From Flavobacteriia bacterium (GTDB lineage: Bacteria > Bacteroidota > Bacteroidia > Flavobacteriales_D > Crocinitomicaceae): a stretch of 64,000 nucleotides of DNA. The position numbers were made by a program, and so were the translations under genes. The notes below the pieces were generated by a model. The model saw only the letters and a program-made list of their open reading frames with translations, was not told the origin of the DNA and did not search any database. Shown here one piece after another: positions 28,262 through 37,483 of this stretch; the stretch's first letter is position 1; every line of letters begins with the position of its first letter. The DNA lies in assembly GCA_046303515.1 (NCBI GenBank), contig JBKCGI010000086.1:2679-66678 (forward strand). Direction: 5' to 3'.

Positions 28262-30397
28262 ATGAACAAAATTAATTTCTCAAACATCTCTTGGAAAGAA
28301 ACTCCAGAAAATAACACACTTTCAGCGATTGATTCGTATGAAACGGCTGAAAAAATTACACTGAAATCATTTTATCAAAAAAGTGATATCGAAAATACAG
28401 AACACATTGGTTACGTTTCTGGAATTGCACCATATTTGCGTGGACCTTATGGTTCGATGTATGCCATTCGTCCATGGACTATTCGTCAATATGCAGGTTT
28501 TTCAACAGCGGAAGATTCAAATGCTTTTTACAGAAGAAACTTAGCTGCAGGACAAAAAGGACTTTCAGTGGCTTTTGATTTAGCGACTCACAGAGGTTAC
28601 GATTCTGATCATGAACGTGTTCAAGGAGATGTTGGTAAAGCGGGTGTTGCCATCGATTCCATTTTAGATATGAAAATCTTATTTGATTCCATTCCCTTGG
28701 ATGAAATGTCAGTTTCAATGACGATGAACGGTGCGGTTTTACCAATCTTGGCTTTTTATATTGTTGCTGCAGAAGAGCAAGGTGTGAAACAAGAACAGTT
28801 GACAGGCACGATTCAGAATGATATCTTGAAGGAATTTATGGTGCGAAACACCTATATCTACCCACCTGCTCCATCGATGAAAATAATTGCTGATATTTTC
28901 GAATATACGGCGAAAAACATGCCTAAATTTAACTCGATTTCCATTTCGGGTTACCACATGCAAGAAGCTGGAGCAACAGCTGCGATTGAGTTGGCATATA
29001 CTTTAGCGGATGGTTTGGAATATTTACGCGCAGGAATTAAAGCTGGAATGGCTGTAGATGAATTTGCACCTCGTTTAAGCTTCTTTTGGGCCATCGGAAT
29101 GAATCATTTCATGGAAATTGCTAAAATGCGTGCAGGAAGATTGTTGTGGAGTAAATTAGTAAGTCAGTTTGAACCAAAATCAACAAAATCATTAGCTTTG
29201 AGAACGCATTGTCAAACATCTGGTTGGAGTTTAACAGAGCAAGATCCATTTAACAATGTAGCTAGAACCTGTATCGAAGCCATGGCAGCAGCTTTAGGGG
29301 GAACACAATCTTTACATACTAATGCTTTGGATGAAGCGATTGCCTTACCAACAGATTTCTCGGCTCGAATTGCAAGAAATACACAAATTTACATCCAAGA
29401 AGAAACAGGAATCACCAACGTTATCGACCCAATGGGTGGAAGTTATTACGTGGAGAAATTAACTGAAGAATTGGTAAACGAAGCATGGAAGTTAATTCAA
29501 GAAGTGGAAGAATTAGGTGGAATGGCGAAAGCGATTGAAACTGGAATTCCGAAAATGAGAATCGAAGAGGCTGCGGCTCGCAAACAAGCCAAAATTGATT
29601 CTGGAAAAGATATTATTGTGGGCGTAAACCGTTACGTTCTCGAAAAAGAAGATAAATTAGATATTTTAGATGTTGATAACGATAAAGTTCGCTTGTCACA
29701 AATTGAACGCATCAATAAGTTAAAAACTGAGCGAAATACCCAAGAAGTTGAATTAGCCTTAGATAATTTAGCTCAAATTGCTCAATCAGGAAATGGAAAT
29801 TTATTAGAATCGGCAATTGATTGTGCTCGTAAAAGAGCAACTTTAGGTGAAATTTCTTCGGCAATGGAAAAAACCTTTGGCCGTTACCAAGCTACCATTC
29901 GCTCAATTAGTGGCGTTTATTCTTCAGAAGCTATGCAAGATAAAGAATTTGAAAAAGCGCGTGAATTGGCAGATAAATTTGCCGAATTGGAAGGTCGTCG
30001 TCCAAGAATCATGATTGCTAAAATGGGACAAGACGGACACGATCGTGGTGCAAAAGTAATTGCAACATCTTTCGCTGATATTGGTTTTGATGTGGATATT
30101 GGCCCTTTGTTTCAAACTCCAGCAGAAGCAGCGAAACAAGCCATTGAAAACGATGTTCACATTTTAGGAGTTTCATCCTTAGCTGCTGGACACAAAACTT
30201 TAGTTCCTCAAGTGATAGCTGAATTGAAGAAATACGGTCGTGAGGACATCATGGTTGTTGCAGGTGGAGTTATTCCGCAACAAGATTACGATTTCTTGTA
30301 CGATGCGGGTGTTTTTGGTGTTTTTGGCCCTGGAACAAAAATTTCGAAAGCGGCGATAAATATTTTGGATTTGCTGATTAAGAGTAATGAAGGTTGA
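28262..30397 (+). CDS. scpA: methylmalonyl-CoA mutase large subunit (B12-dependent)
   Basis: 711 aa with [26 protein letters not shown], and a C-terminal B12-binding domain containing [11 protein letters not shown]. Confidence 0.95.
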   Translation: MNKINFSNISWKETPENNTLSAIDSYETAEKITLKSFYQKSDIENTEHIGYVSGIAPYLRGPYGSMYAIRPWTIRQYAGFSTAEDSNAFYRRNLAAGQKGLSVAFDLATHRGYDSDHERVQGDVGKAGVAIDSILDMKILFDSIPLDEMSVSMTMNGAVLPILAFYIVAAEEQGVKQEQLTGTIQNDILKEFMVRNTYIYPPAPSMKIIADIFEYTAKNMPKFNSISISGYHMQEAGATAAIELAYTLADGLEYLRAGIKAGMAVDEFAPRLSFFWAIGMNHFMEIAKMRAGRLLWSKLVSQFEPKSTKSLALRTHCQTSGWSLTEQDPFNNVARTCIEAMAAALGGTQSLHTNALDEAIALPTDFSARIARNTQIYIQEETGITNVIDPMGGSYYVEKLTEELVNEAWKLIQEVEELGGMAKAIETGIPKMRIEEAAARKQAKIDSGKDIIVGVNRYVLEKEDKLDILDVDNDKVRLSQIERINKLKTERNTQEVELALDNLAQIAQSGNGNLLESAIDCARKRATLGEISSAMEKTFGRYQATIRSISGVYSSEAMQDKEFEKARELADKFAELEGRRPRIMIAKMGQDGHDRGAKVIATSFADIGFDVDIGPLFQTPAEAAKQAIENDVHILGVSSLAAGHKTLVPQVIAELKKYGREDIMVVAGGVIPQQDYDFLYDAGVFGVFGPGTKISKAAINILDLLIKSNEG

Positions 30398-31101
30398 TGA
30401 CAGCAGAAAATTTTAAATTACAATTTTTGCTATTTACGATAGTATTACTTGCTTGCGAAACAAAAATTGATGGTATTTCCAAAACTAATAAATCAGAGAT
30501 AAAGGAAATAAATCAAAATAATTGTAATTGTCCAAAAAACGAATTTTCATTAACGAAATCGGATACCATTTTTTTACTTTCGAACAATAAAAAGATTGCT
30601 TTATGTGGTTATCGAAATCCTGATTCAAATTCTGTAAATTATTCTGAATTTGTGCTATCAGTTTGTGGTGAAGATAAAATTATTGATTATTGGGATGCAA
30701 CTCAAACTTGCTTTTTAAGAATAAATTCAGATACTTTAATCGTTGAAAATTTAATACATTTACCAAGTGGAAAAGGAAGAATATATGAGACTGTAACATG
30801 GGCCTACGATAAAATATTTTTCATTCAAAACAAGGTTGTTAAATTGTTTTCTGCAAATGATAATATACGCAAATACAATAAGAATGAAATTCAAAGTACA
30901 TTAAAGGAATTTGAAAACGCAGATGGAAAATTGGACGATAGTAAAATAGAACTTGCAAATCGATTATTTATGTGTGTTATTTCAGGAAATCAAATTGCTA
31001 AAAAATATTTCAAAGAATTTAAAACAAAATTTGTACTTGATGGAGCGTTCGCTGAAGAATATAAAGAGTTGGAAGCGATGATTCAATTATGGAAGAATTG
31101 A
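30397..31101 (+). CDS. hypothetical lipoprotein
   Basis: ATG 30397 overlaps the mutase TGA (TGATG). Lipobox-like LLACETK. Confidence 0.45.
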   Translation: MTAENFKLQFLLFTIVLLACETKIDGISKTNKSEIKEINQNNCNCPKNEFSLTKSDTIFLLSNNKKIALCGYRNPDSNSVNYSEFVLSVCGEDKIIDYWDATQTCFLRINSDTLIVENLIHLPSGKGRIYETVTWAYDKIFFIQNKVVKLFSANDNIRKYNKNEIQSTLKEFENADGKLDDSKIELANRLFMCVISGNQIAKKYFKEFKTKFVLDGAFAEEYKELEAMIQLWKN

Positions 31102-31146
31102 TTATCAATCTAAAGGGGTCGAAATCGACGGATTAAAAAAATAAAT

Positions 31147-32028
31147 ATGCAAAAAATAATTTTATTTCTCACACTATTCTATTCCCTTTCCGCATGCTCG
31201 CAAGAGCCTGCAAAAGATTCTATTGTTCAAAAAGATTCGATAAAACCTTTAGAGATCAAATGGCAAAACATCATTCCAGGATTAGAATTTTGTGAAACAA
31301 TGGCTCCTCGAAAATCGGAAATCAACGATTCGAAAATTACGATTTTGAAACTGAACCCGAAGTTTTTTGATTTTCACTTATTGATGGCTACTGAACAAAC
31401 TAAAAAACCATTGGACGCCAAAGAATGGGCAGATTCTTTTGATTTGGACATTGTAATCAATGCTGGAATGTATGATTTGACAAAAAAAATGTACAGTAAA
31501 GGTTTTTTGAAGGGAGAAAAGCACACAAATAGAGCTGATATTCACCCGAATTATAAAACCATGATTGCTTTTAACCCAAAAGATTCTCTAGAAAATCCTT
31601 TTACGGTTTGCGATTTAGATTGCGATTCTTTTGCATCTGTTAAAAATAAATACAATTGTTTGGCGCAAGGATTACGCATGTTAGACTGCAATTCTGAACC
31701 AATTGGCTGGAACAAACGAAAACAATATTGCAGTCAATTGATCACAACAATAGACGATTTAGGAAATGTGTATTTGATATTTGTTCGTTCGCCTTATTTG
31801 CACAACGAAATGATTGCCTACATGCGCGAAATGAAACTCAATTTATACAATGCCATTTACATGGAAGGTGGTCCGCAAACGAGTTTGTATGTTGATATTC
31901 AAAAAGATGGAAAGGAACTCTTTCATATGGAGAAAATCGGAAGTTATGTTTCTGAAACTTATCCCAACGATAAAAATGATCACTTCTGGAAATTACCGAA
32001 TGTGATTGGAATGAAGGTGAAAAAATAA
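31147..32028 (+). CDS. hypothetical secreted protein (possibly DUF2233/phosphodiester-glycosidase-like)
   Basis: 293 aa with signal LSACSQ. The family assignment rests on weak recollection only. Confidence 0.4.
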   Translation: MQKIILFLTLFYSLSACSQEPAKDSIVQKDSIKPLEIKWQNIIPGLEFCETMAPRKSEINDSKITILKLNPKFFDFHLLMATEQTKKPLDAKEWADSFDLDIVINAGMYDLTKKMYSKGFLKGEKHTNRADIHPNYKTMIAFNPKDSLENPFTVCDLDCDSFASVKNKYNCLAQGLRMLDCNSEPIGWNKRKQYCSQLITTIDDLGNVYLIFVRSPYLHNEMIAYMREMKLNLYNAIYMEGGPQTSLYVDIQKDGKELFHMEKIGSYVSETYPNDKNDHFWKLPNVIGMKVKK

Positions 32029-32030
32029 TT

Positions 32031-32897
32031 TTATTTCAAATATTTCAAAAAATCTACCAAGTCACTAGCTAGCAAAGCTCTTGGACTTATTTCTTTCACT
32101 GCCAAATCAGCAGCCAGACCATGATTAAAAACTCCTGCAAGCACAGCATCACATGGTTTTAAGCCTTGTGCTAAATACGATGTTATAATTCCAGTTAGCA
32201 CATCTCCGCTACCTCCTTTTGCTAAGCCTACATTTCCTGAAGTATTATAAAAAACTTGTTCTCCACAGAAAATAAAAGTATTTGGAGCCTTTAAAACCAA
32301 AACACAATCGTAGTTACGAACAAATTCTTGTGCTGTTTCGATTCGTTCTTCCCAAGATTCATAGACTTTTGTCAAACGATCAAATTCTCGTTCGTGAGGT
32401 GTCAAAATCGTTTTTTCATTCAAATACTGAAATAAAGGTGGATGTTGCGACAAAATAGTAAGCGCGTCTGCATCCAATACTTTTGGTAAATCACTTTGTA
32501 AAATGGACTCAAAAACCTTTACAGTCTGCGCTTCAAAACCAAGACCTGGACCAATTCCAATAGCTGTTTTATATTTTAATTCTGGAATTTCAGAAATGTA
32601 TTTTTGATTTGAATCTAAACTCAACATCGCTTCTGGACACGAAATATTCATTGCTATTTTGCAAGAATTTGGAATATGAACTGTAGTCAAACCAGCTCCA
32701 GATCTCAAACACGCTTTTGTTGCCAAAATTGCCGCACCAGCTTTTGATTCACTTCCAGCAATTAGCAAAGCATGTCCAAAATCGTGTTTTGAACTTGTTT
32801 CATTCCTTTTTGGTAGAATTTGTTCAATGTAACTTGCTTCTAAAGCGTGAAATTCTGGAAACCTTTTTAAAATTATACTTAGATTAAACATTGACAT
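32031..32897 (-). CDS. nnrD: NAD(P)H-hydrate dehydratase (stand-alone YjeF C-terminal domain)
   Basis: 288 aa with the GGSGDVLTGI motif. No N-terminal epimerase domain. Confidence 0.85.
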   Translation of the reverse strand: MSMFNLSIILKRFPEFHALEASYIEQILPKRNETSSKHDFGHALLIAGSESKAGAAILATKACLRSGAGLTTVHIPNSCKIAMNISCPEAMLSLDSNQKYISEIPELKYKTAIGIGPGLGFEAQTVKVFESILQSDLPKVLDADALTILSQHPPLFQYLNEKTILTPHEREFDRLTKVYESWEERIETAQEFVRNYDCVLVLKAPNTFIFCGEQVFYNTSGNVGLAKGGSGDVLTGIITSYLAQGLKPCDAVLAGVFNHGLAADLAVKEISPRALLASDLVDFLKYLK

Positions 32898-33067
32898 CTG
32901 CTGTTTTTATCAAAGGTAAGGAAATAAGTTCAGTTTATTAATTTCTCACAAATTTTAAGGAAAAAAATTCACATGTGCAGCAGATTTGATTTTCTTAGTT
33001 TTAAAAATCGCGGTCAATCAGCGACTTTTTCTGCGAAAATTTGCGGGAAAAACCAAAAATTTATCTC

Positions 33068-33075
33068 TATATTTG
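33068..33075 (+). promoter_or_regulatory. -7 promoter box (TATATTTG) 5 nt before the glyQS ATG
   Basis: Matches TAnnTTTG. The spacing implies a leaderless or near-leaderless mRNA. Confidence 0.4.
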
Positions 33076-33080
33076 CACCC

Positions 33081-34616
33081 ATGGAACAAAGAGAAGACAA
33101 GTTAAAAGACGTTATTTCGCACGCAAAAGAATACGGATATATTTTCCCATCATCAGAAATTTACGATGGTTTGGCTGCAACATATGATTACGGTCAATTG
33201 GGGTCAGAATTGAAAAACAACATCAAATCCTATTGGTGGAAAGCGATGGTTCAAATGCACGAAAACATTGTAGGAATTGACTCTTCGATTTTCATGCACC
33301 CAACAACTTGGAAAGCTTCTGGACACGTGGACGCCTTTAATGATCCATTGATTGACAACAAAGATTCTAAAAAAAGATATAGAGCTGACGTTTTAATTGA
33401 AGAACATATCGAAAAAATTCGTCAGAAAATTGACAAAGAAGTTGAAAAAGGATTCAAACGTTTTGGAGAATCTTTTGATGAAGCGCAATTTCGTGCAACG
33501 AACCCAAATGTACTACGTAACGCTGAAAAAATCGTTGAGATTGAAGACAGAATGCGCCAAACTTTAGGAAATAATGATTTGGATGGTGTTTATCAATTAA
33601 TAATCGATTTGGAAATTGTTTGCCCGATTTCAGGTTCAAAAAACTGGACAGAAGTGCGTCAATTTAACTTGATGTTTTCTACAGAATTAGGTTCAGTTGC
33701 TGGTGATGCTTCGACAATTTATTTACGTCCAGAAACTGCTCAAGGAATTTTTGTGAATTTCCTAAACGTTCAAAAATCTGGTCGTATGAAAATTCCTTTT
33801 GGGATTGCACAAATCGGAAAAGCGTTTAGAAATGAGATTGTTGCGAGACAATTTATTTTCCGTATGCGTGAATTTGAACAAATGGAAATGCAATTTTTCT
33901 GTCGTCCAGGTGAAGAAATGAAATGGTACGAATACTGGAAAGAAGCACGTATCAAATGGCACAAAGCATTAAACTTAGGAGACAAAAATTACCGTTTCCA
34001 CGATCATATCAAATTGGCTCATTACGCAAATGCTGCAGCTGACATTGAATTCGATTTCCCAATGGGGTTCAAGGAATTGGAAGGAATTCACTCGAGAACA
34101 GATTTTGATTTGAAACAACACGAGCAATTTTCAGGTAAAAAATTACAGTATTTCGACCCAGAATTGAATGAAAATTATGTTCCTTACGTAGTTGAAACTT
34201 CTGTTGGATTAGACAGAATGTTTTTAGCCGTTTTGAGTTCATCGCTACAAAACGAAAAATTAGAAGATGGTTCAGAACGCGTTGTTTTAAAACTTCCTGC
34301 TCCATTGGCTCCATACAAAGTAGCAATTATGCCTTTGACGAAAAAAGATGGATTGCCAGAAAAAGCACGTGAAATTTTCAATGATTTGAAATTTGATTAT
34401 TTATGTCAATACGACGAAAAAGATTCTCCTGGAAAACGTTACCGTCGCCAAGATGCAATCGGAACTCCTTACTGCGTCATGGTTGATCACCAAACAATGG
34501 AAGACAATACAGTTACGATTCGCGATAGAGACACCATGCTTCAAGAACGAATTGCAATTAAAGATTTGAATGCGAAAATTGGGGAAAAAGTTGATTTGAA
34601 AAGTTTACTTAGATAA
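33081..34616 (+). CDS. glyQS: glycine--tRNA ligase (dimeric class II type)
   Basis: ATG 33081; the track ORF extension to 32973 is unsupported. N-terminus HAKEYGYIFPSSEIYDGLAATYDYG, a class II core, and an anticodon-binding C-terminus. Confidence 0.95.
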   Translation: MEQREDKLKDVISHAKEYGYIFPSSEIYDGLAATYDYGQLGSELKNNIKSYWWKAMVQMHENIVGIDSSIFMHPTTWKASGHVDAFNDPLIDNKDSKKRYRADVLIEEHIEKIRQKIDKEVEKGFKRFGESFDEAQFRATNPNVLRNAEKIVEIEDRMRQTLGNNDLDGVYQLIIDLEIVCPISGSKNWTEVRQFNLMFSTELGSVAGDASTIYLRPETAQGIFVNFLNVQKSGRMKIPFGIAQIGKAFRNEIVARQFIFRMREFEQMEMQFFCRPGEEMKWYEYWKEARIKWHKALNLGDKNYRFHDHIKLAHYANAAADIEFDFPMGFKELEGIHSRTDFDLKQHEQFSGKKLQYFDPELNENYVPYVVETSVGLDRMFLAVLSSSLQNEKLEDGSERVVLKLPAPLAPYKVAIMPLTKKDGLPEKAREIFNDLKFDYLCQYDEKDSPGKRYRRQDAIGTPYCVMVDHQTMEDNTVTIRDRDTMLQERIAIKDLNAKIGEKVDLKSLLR

Positions 34617-34643
34617 TTTGAACTATACATACTTTAATAAAAT

Positions 34644-34680
34644 AAAAAATGGACAAATCTTAAAGAAATGTCCATTTTTT
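34644..34680. terminator. bidirectional rho-independent terminator
   Basis: 12-bp stem AAAAAATGGACA (34644-34655) / TGTCCATTTTTT (34669-34680). Lies between the convergent glyQS and T9SS-cargo genes. Confidence 0.7.
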
Positions 34681-34700
34681 ATTTGATGGTACAGTTAATT

Positions 34701-35603
34701 TTATTCTATGATTAATTTCCTTTGATAAATACCATTTTCATTTGTTAATTTTAAAACATAAATACCAGACCTAAAACTAGAAACATTTACTTTATTTTTC
34801 TCACTTGTAACTTCAAGTTTCTTAACAAGTTCACCTTGTAAGTTATAAATAATTATCTCACTAGATTTTCCTGCATTCTCAATAAAAATGTAATCTTTTG
34901 CAGGATTTGGATAAATTTCTAATTGATTTTCAATTAAGTCCTCCGTACCCACAATTAAATTATCGAAGTTTAAATTATCTACAAATAAAACAGAATTTCC
35001 ATAAGGTCCAGTAGGATATTGAAAAGGAGGCGAATAAAATGCAGTCAAACCAATTTGAGCGCTATCCGCGTCGATATATGATGGAATGTCAATGGAAAAA
35101 CTTGTCCAATCTGAAACAGTTGAAGTGGAAAAAAATCCATTTTGCGAAACCAAATTACCATCTTTGTATAATGCAATTCCGATTTCCATTGTATCGCCAT
35201 TTTGAGGCAAAAACTTGTAATATCCTTTTAAACTACTTGGATGTCCAGCAATAGGAAACACAGGTCCATTATATCCAGGATAAAAAGCTGTAACAGCAAA
35301 ACCATATGCACATTGCCAATAGGGCATTTGACTTCCCGGCTCACTCACAATAGAAATATTATTTTCTATACGAATAGCATATTGACCTACAGAAACTGGG
35401 TAGTGGTCAGTTGACTTTGTTATCGCATTGAAAGTAACACCTACAGGTTTTTGATCAAGATTTGATGTTATCCAAGGTGAATTTGGAACCTCAATTGACA
35501 TACCGTTATTAGAATTCCAAGCTTCAAAATCACCATTTGGAATTTGAGCATTTGCTGAAATAAAAAAACTCAAACTTGCTACACTTAATAAAATTTTATT
35601 CAT
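34701..35603 (-). CDS. secreted protein with T9SS type A C-terminal sorting domain
   Basis: 300 aa with a signal peptide. C-terminal LEIYPNPAKDYIFIEN...GIYVLKLTNENGIYQRKLIIE. Confidence 0.7.
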   Translation of the reverse strand: MNKILLSVASLSFFISANAQIPNGDFEAWNSNNGMSIEVPNSPWITSNLDQKPVGVTFNAITKSTDHYPVSVGQYAIRIENNISIVSEPGSQMPYWQCAYGFAVTAFYPGYNGPVFPIAGHPSSLKGYYKFLPQNGDTMEIGIALYKDGNLVSQNGFFSTSTVSDWTSFSIDIPSYIDADSAQIGLTAFYSPPFQYPTGPYGNSVLFVDNLNFDNLIVGTEDLIENQLEIYPNPAKDYIFIENAGKSSEIIIYNLQGELVKKLEVTSEKNKVNVSSFRSGIYVLKLTNENGIYQRKLIIE

Positions 35604-35696
35604 AACTTTTCATTCTTTAAATCGTTAAAAAATCTACCATTAAATTTCTTCAAAGTAAACAGAATAAACGTTCTAGAAATAGAATAAAAATTTTGA

Positions 35697-36104
35697 TTAA
35701 ACTTGATTTATATCACCAATTTGACTGCTAATTCGTTCTATTAAAAGTGCAATAATTCTTTTATTAATTTCTTTTTTGTTTTCAAAATATAGAGTCAATT
35801 CCTCTTGCGTAAAAAAAGCAACAATTATGCCTAAATAAAACTGTTTCACTTGAAGATTTTCTTTCAGAATTTCACTGATTTTCAGTTTTTTCTTTTCTTT
35901 ACTTAAATTGATGAAATCAACTTTATATTCAATTAAAAATGTATTAAAAACACTCAGAATTAATGCGTTTTGAAATTTTAATATTGGTCTCAGTGTTTTT
36001 GTTTGAAAAGTCTCTATTGGCAACGAATTAAGTTCTTCAACTTCAATAACTGGTAAAATTTGTTTTAATACATCTCTTGAATCCATGAAAACTGTTTTAT
36101 TCAA
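35697..36104 (-). CDS. hypothetical protein
   Basis: 135-aa ORF. The start is ambiguous: TTG 36104 or ATG 36086. Confidence 0.4.
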   Translation of the reverse strand: MNKTVFMDSRDVLKQILPVIEVEELNSLPIETFQTKTLRPILKFQNALILSVFNTFLIEYKVDFINLSKEKKKLKISEILKENLQVKQFYLGIIVAFFTQEELTLYFENKKEINKRIIALLIERISSQIGDINQV

Positions 36105-36214
36105 GCAACATCCTGAAATAAAAATAGTTCAAGATTCTAAAAAATAAAAGTCTGTTTTAACAATATTTAGTTTACAAAAAATTGTAAAACGATGCCTTTT
36201 AGCTAATAAAGTCT

Positions 36215-36222
36215 TACTTTTG
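36215..36222 (+). promoter_or_regulatory. -7 promoter box (TACTTTTG)
   Basis: Ends 4 nt before the GTG start of the cvpA-like gene. Confidence 0.3.
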
Positions 36223-36226
36223 CTTT

Positions 36227-36856
36227 GTGAATTTTTTAGACATCATTATTTTAATTCCATTAGCATACGCTGCGTGGATTGGCTTCAAAAAGGGTTTTAT
36301 TATTGAAGTTTTCACTTTATTAGCCTTGCTTGTGGGTCTATATGCTGGAATTCATTTTTCCGAATTTGTATCGAAGGGAATAAAAAACACCTTTTCTTGG
36401 GATTCCACCTATCTTCCAACAATTTCATTCACCTTGACATTTCTAGCAGTTGGAGCGATGGTTTACTTTGCTGGAAAGGCTTTGGAAAAAATTGTAAAAT
36501 TCGCAATGCTTTCACCACTAAATAAAATTGGTGGAGTAATTTTTGCCTTATTGAAAGGAAGCTATATCGTAAGCGTATTCTTATTACTTTTGAGTTCCTA
36601 CGATAAATCAAATAAATTCATACCTTTAGAAGCAAAGAACAATTCCTTGCTGTATCATCCCATGTTAAAATTGTCTGCTAGCACGATTCCTGGATTTAAA
36701 GGAAGTTCATTTTTTCAAGAATCGGATTCAAGTAATGTAACCTTGACAGTTGATCAAGTTATAAGAGCAAAAGAAATCGCTGATAGTTTAGGGATTGACG
36801 CCAAAGATGTTATAGAATTAAATGAAATATATCAAGAATATGAGGTTAATAAATAG
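36227..36856 (+). CDS. cvpA: CvpA-family membrane protein
   Basis: 209 aa. N-terminus NFLDIIILIPLAYAAWIGFKKGFIIEV is typical of CvpA. GTG start. Confidence 0.75.
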   Translation: MNFLDIIILIPLAYAAWIGFKKGFIIEVFTLLALLVGLYAGIHFSEFVSKGIKNTFSWDSTYLPTISFTLTFLAVGAMVYFAGKALEKIVKFAMLSPLNKIGGVIFALLKGSYIVSVFLLLLSSYDKSNKFIPLEAKNNSLLYHPMLKLSASTIPGFKGSSFFQESDSSNVTLTVDQVIRAKEIADSLGIDAKDVIELNEIYQEYEVNK

Positions 36857-37373
36857 TTTTATTCTGTTTTCAATTTGTATCAGTACAAATCTTTTTTCAC
36901 AGAATCTTGAAAGTTTAAGTTTATTAAGTTCCGTACGTAAAATTGATATTCCAAAAGTTAAAAGTCAAAAAAGTGGCCCATACATTGGTTACCAGCGAGG
37001 AAAATATGATTTAATAGAATTTGGAGCAGAAATGCAATTTAAAAAAATTAAATTAAAAAACCCAATTGTTAATGGTTACCGATTTGGGACAAATTATGCT
37101 ATAAAAGAAAATGTCTTAGGTTTTGATTTGTGTTACTGGAGACAAGAGGCACGTCTAGGTCTTACTTATGGCGCAATACTTTCCCACAGAACAAATTTTG
37201 AGGTTTCAAGAATTGGAATAGCACCAGTTATAGGGTTTAGATTTCTACAATTTCATTTGCAAACAGGTTACACCTTCTACTCGTCTGCACATAATTTTGA
37301 TAATATAAATAGATATTTTATAGCATTAAAATTCACCATAATCAACAACAGAGATATCGATATCAAAAAATAG
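36840..37373 (+). CDS. hypothetical outer-membrane protein
   Basis: ATG 36840 gives the signal peptide MRLINSFILFSICISTNLFSQ. Beta-rich. Confidence 0.45.
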   Translation: MRLINSFILFSICISTNLFSQNLESLSLLSSVRKIDIPKVKSQKSGPYIGYQRGKYDLIEFGAEMQFKKIKLKNPIVNGYRFGTNYAIKENVLGFDLCYWRQEARLGLTYGAILSHRTNFEVSRIGIAPVIGFRFLQFHLQTGYTFYSSAHNFDNINRYFIALKFTIINNRDIDIKK

Positions 37374-37483
37374 ATTTTGTTTAAGTTTAAAAAAAATCGA
37401 AATCTCCTTAGCTAAAAACTTTTATTTTCACTTTTTTACAATAAATTTGTACTTTAAGAGTTATTTTATCAAGTATAAAATTC

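Noticed and set aside
32973-33080. Upstream extension of the glyQS ORF (MCSRFDFLSFKNRG...)
   Set aside because: The conserved GlyRS N-terminus begins at the Met encoded at 33081. A TAnnTTTG box sits at 33068-33075 inside the extension, and the extension sequence is not protein-like.
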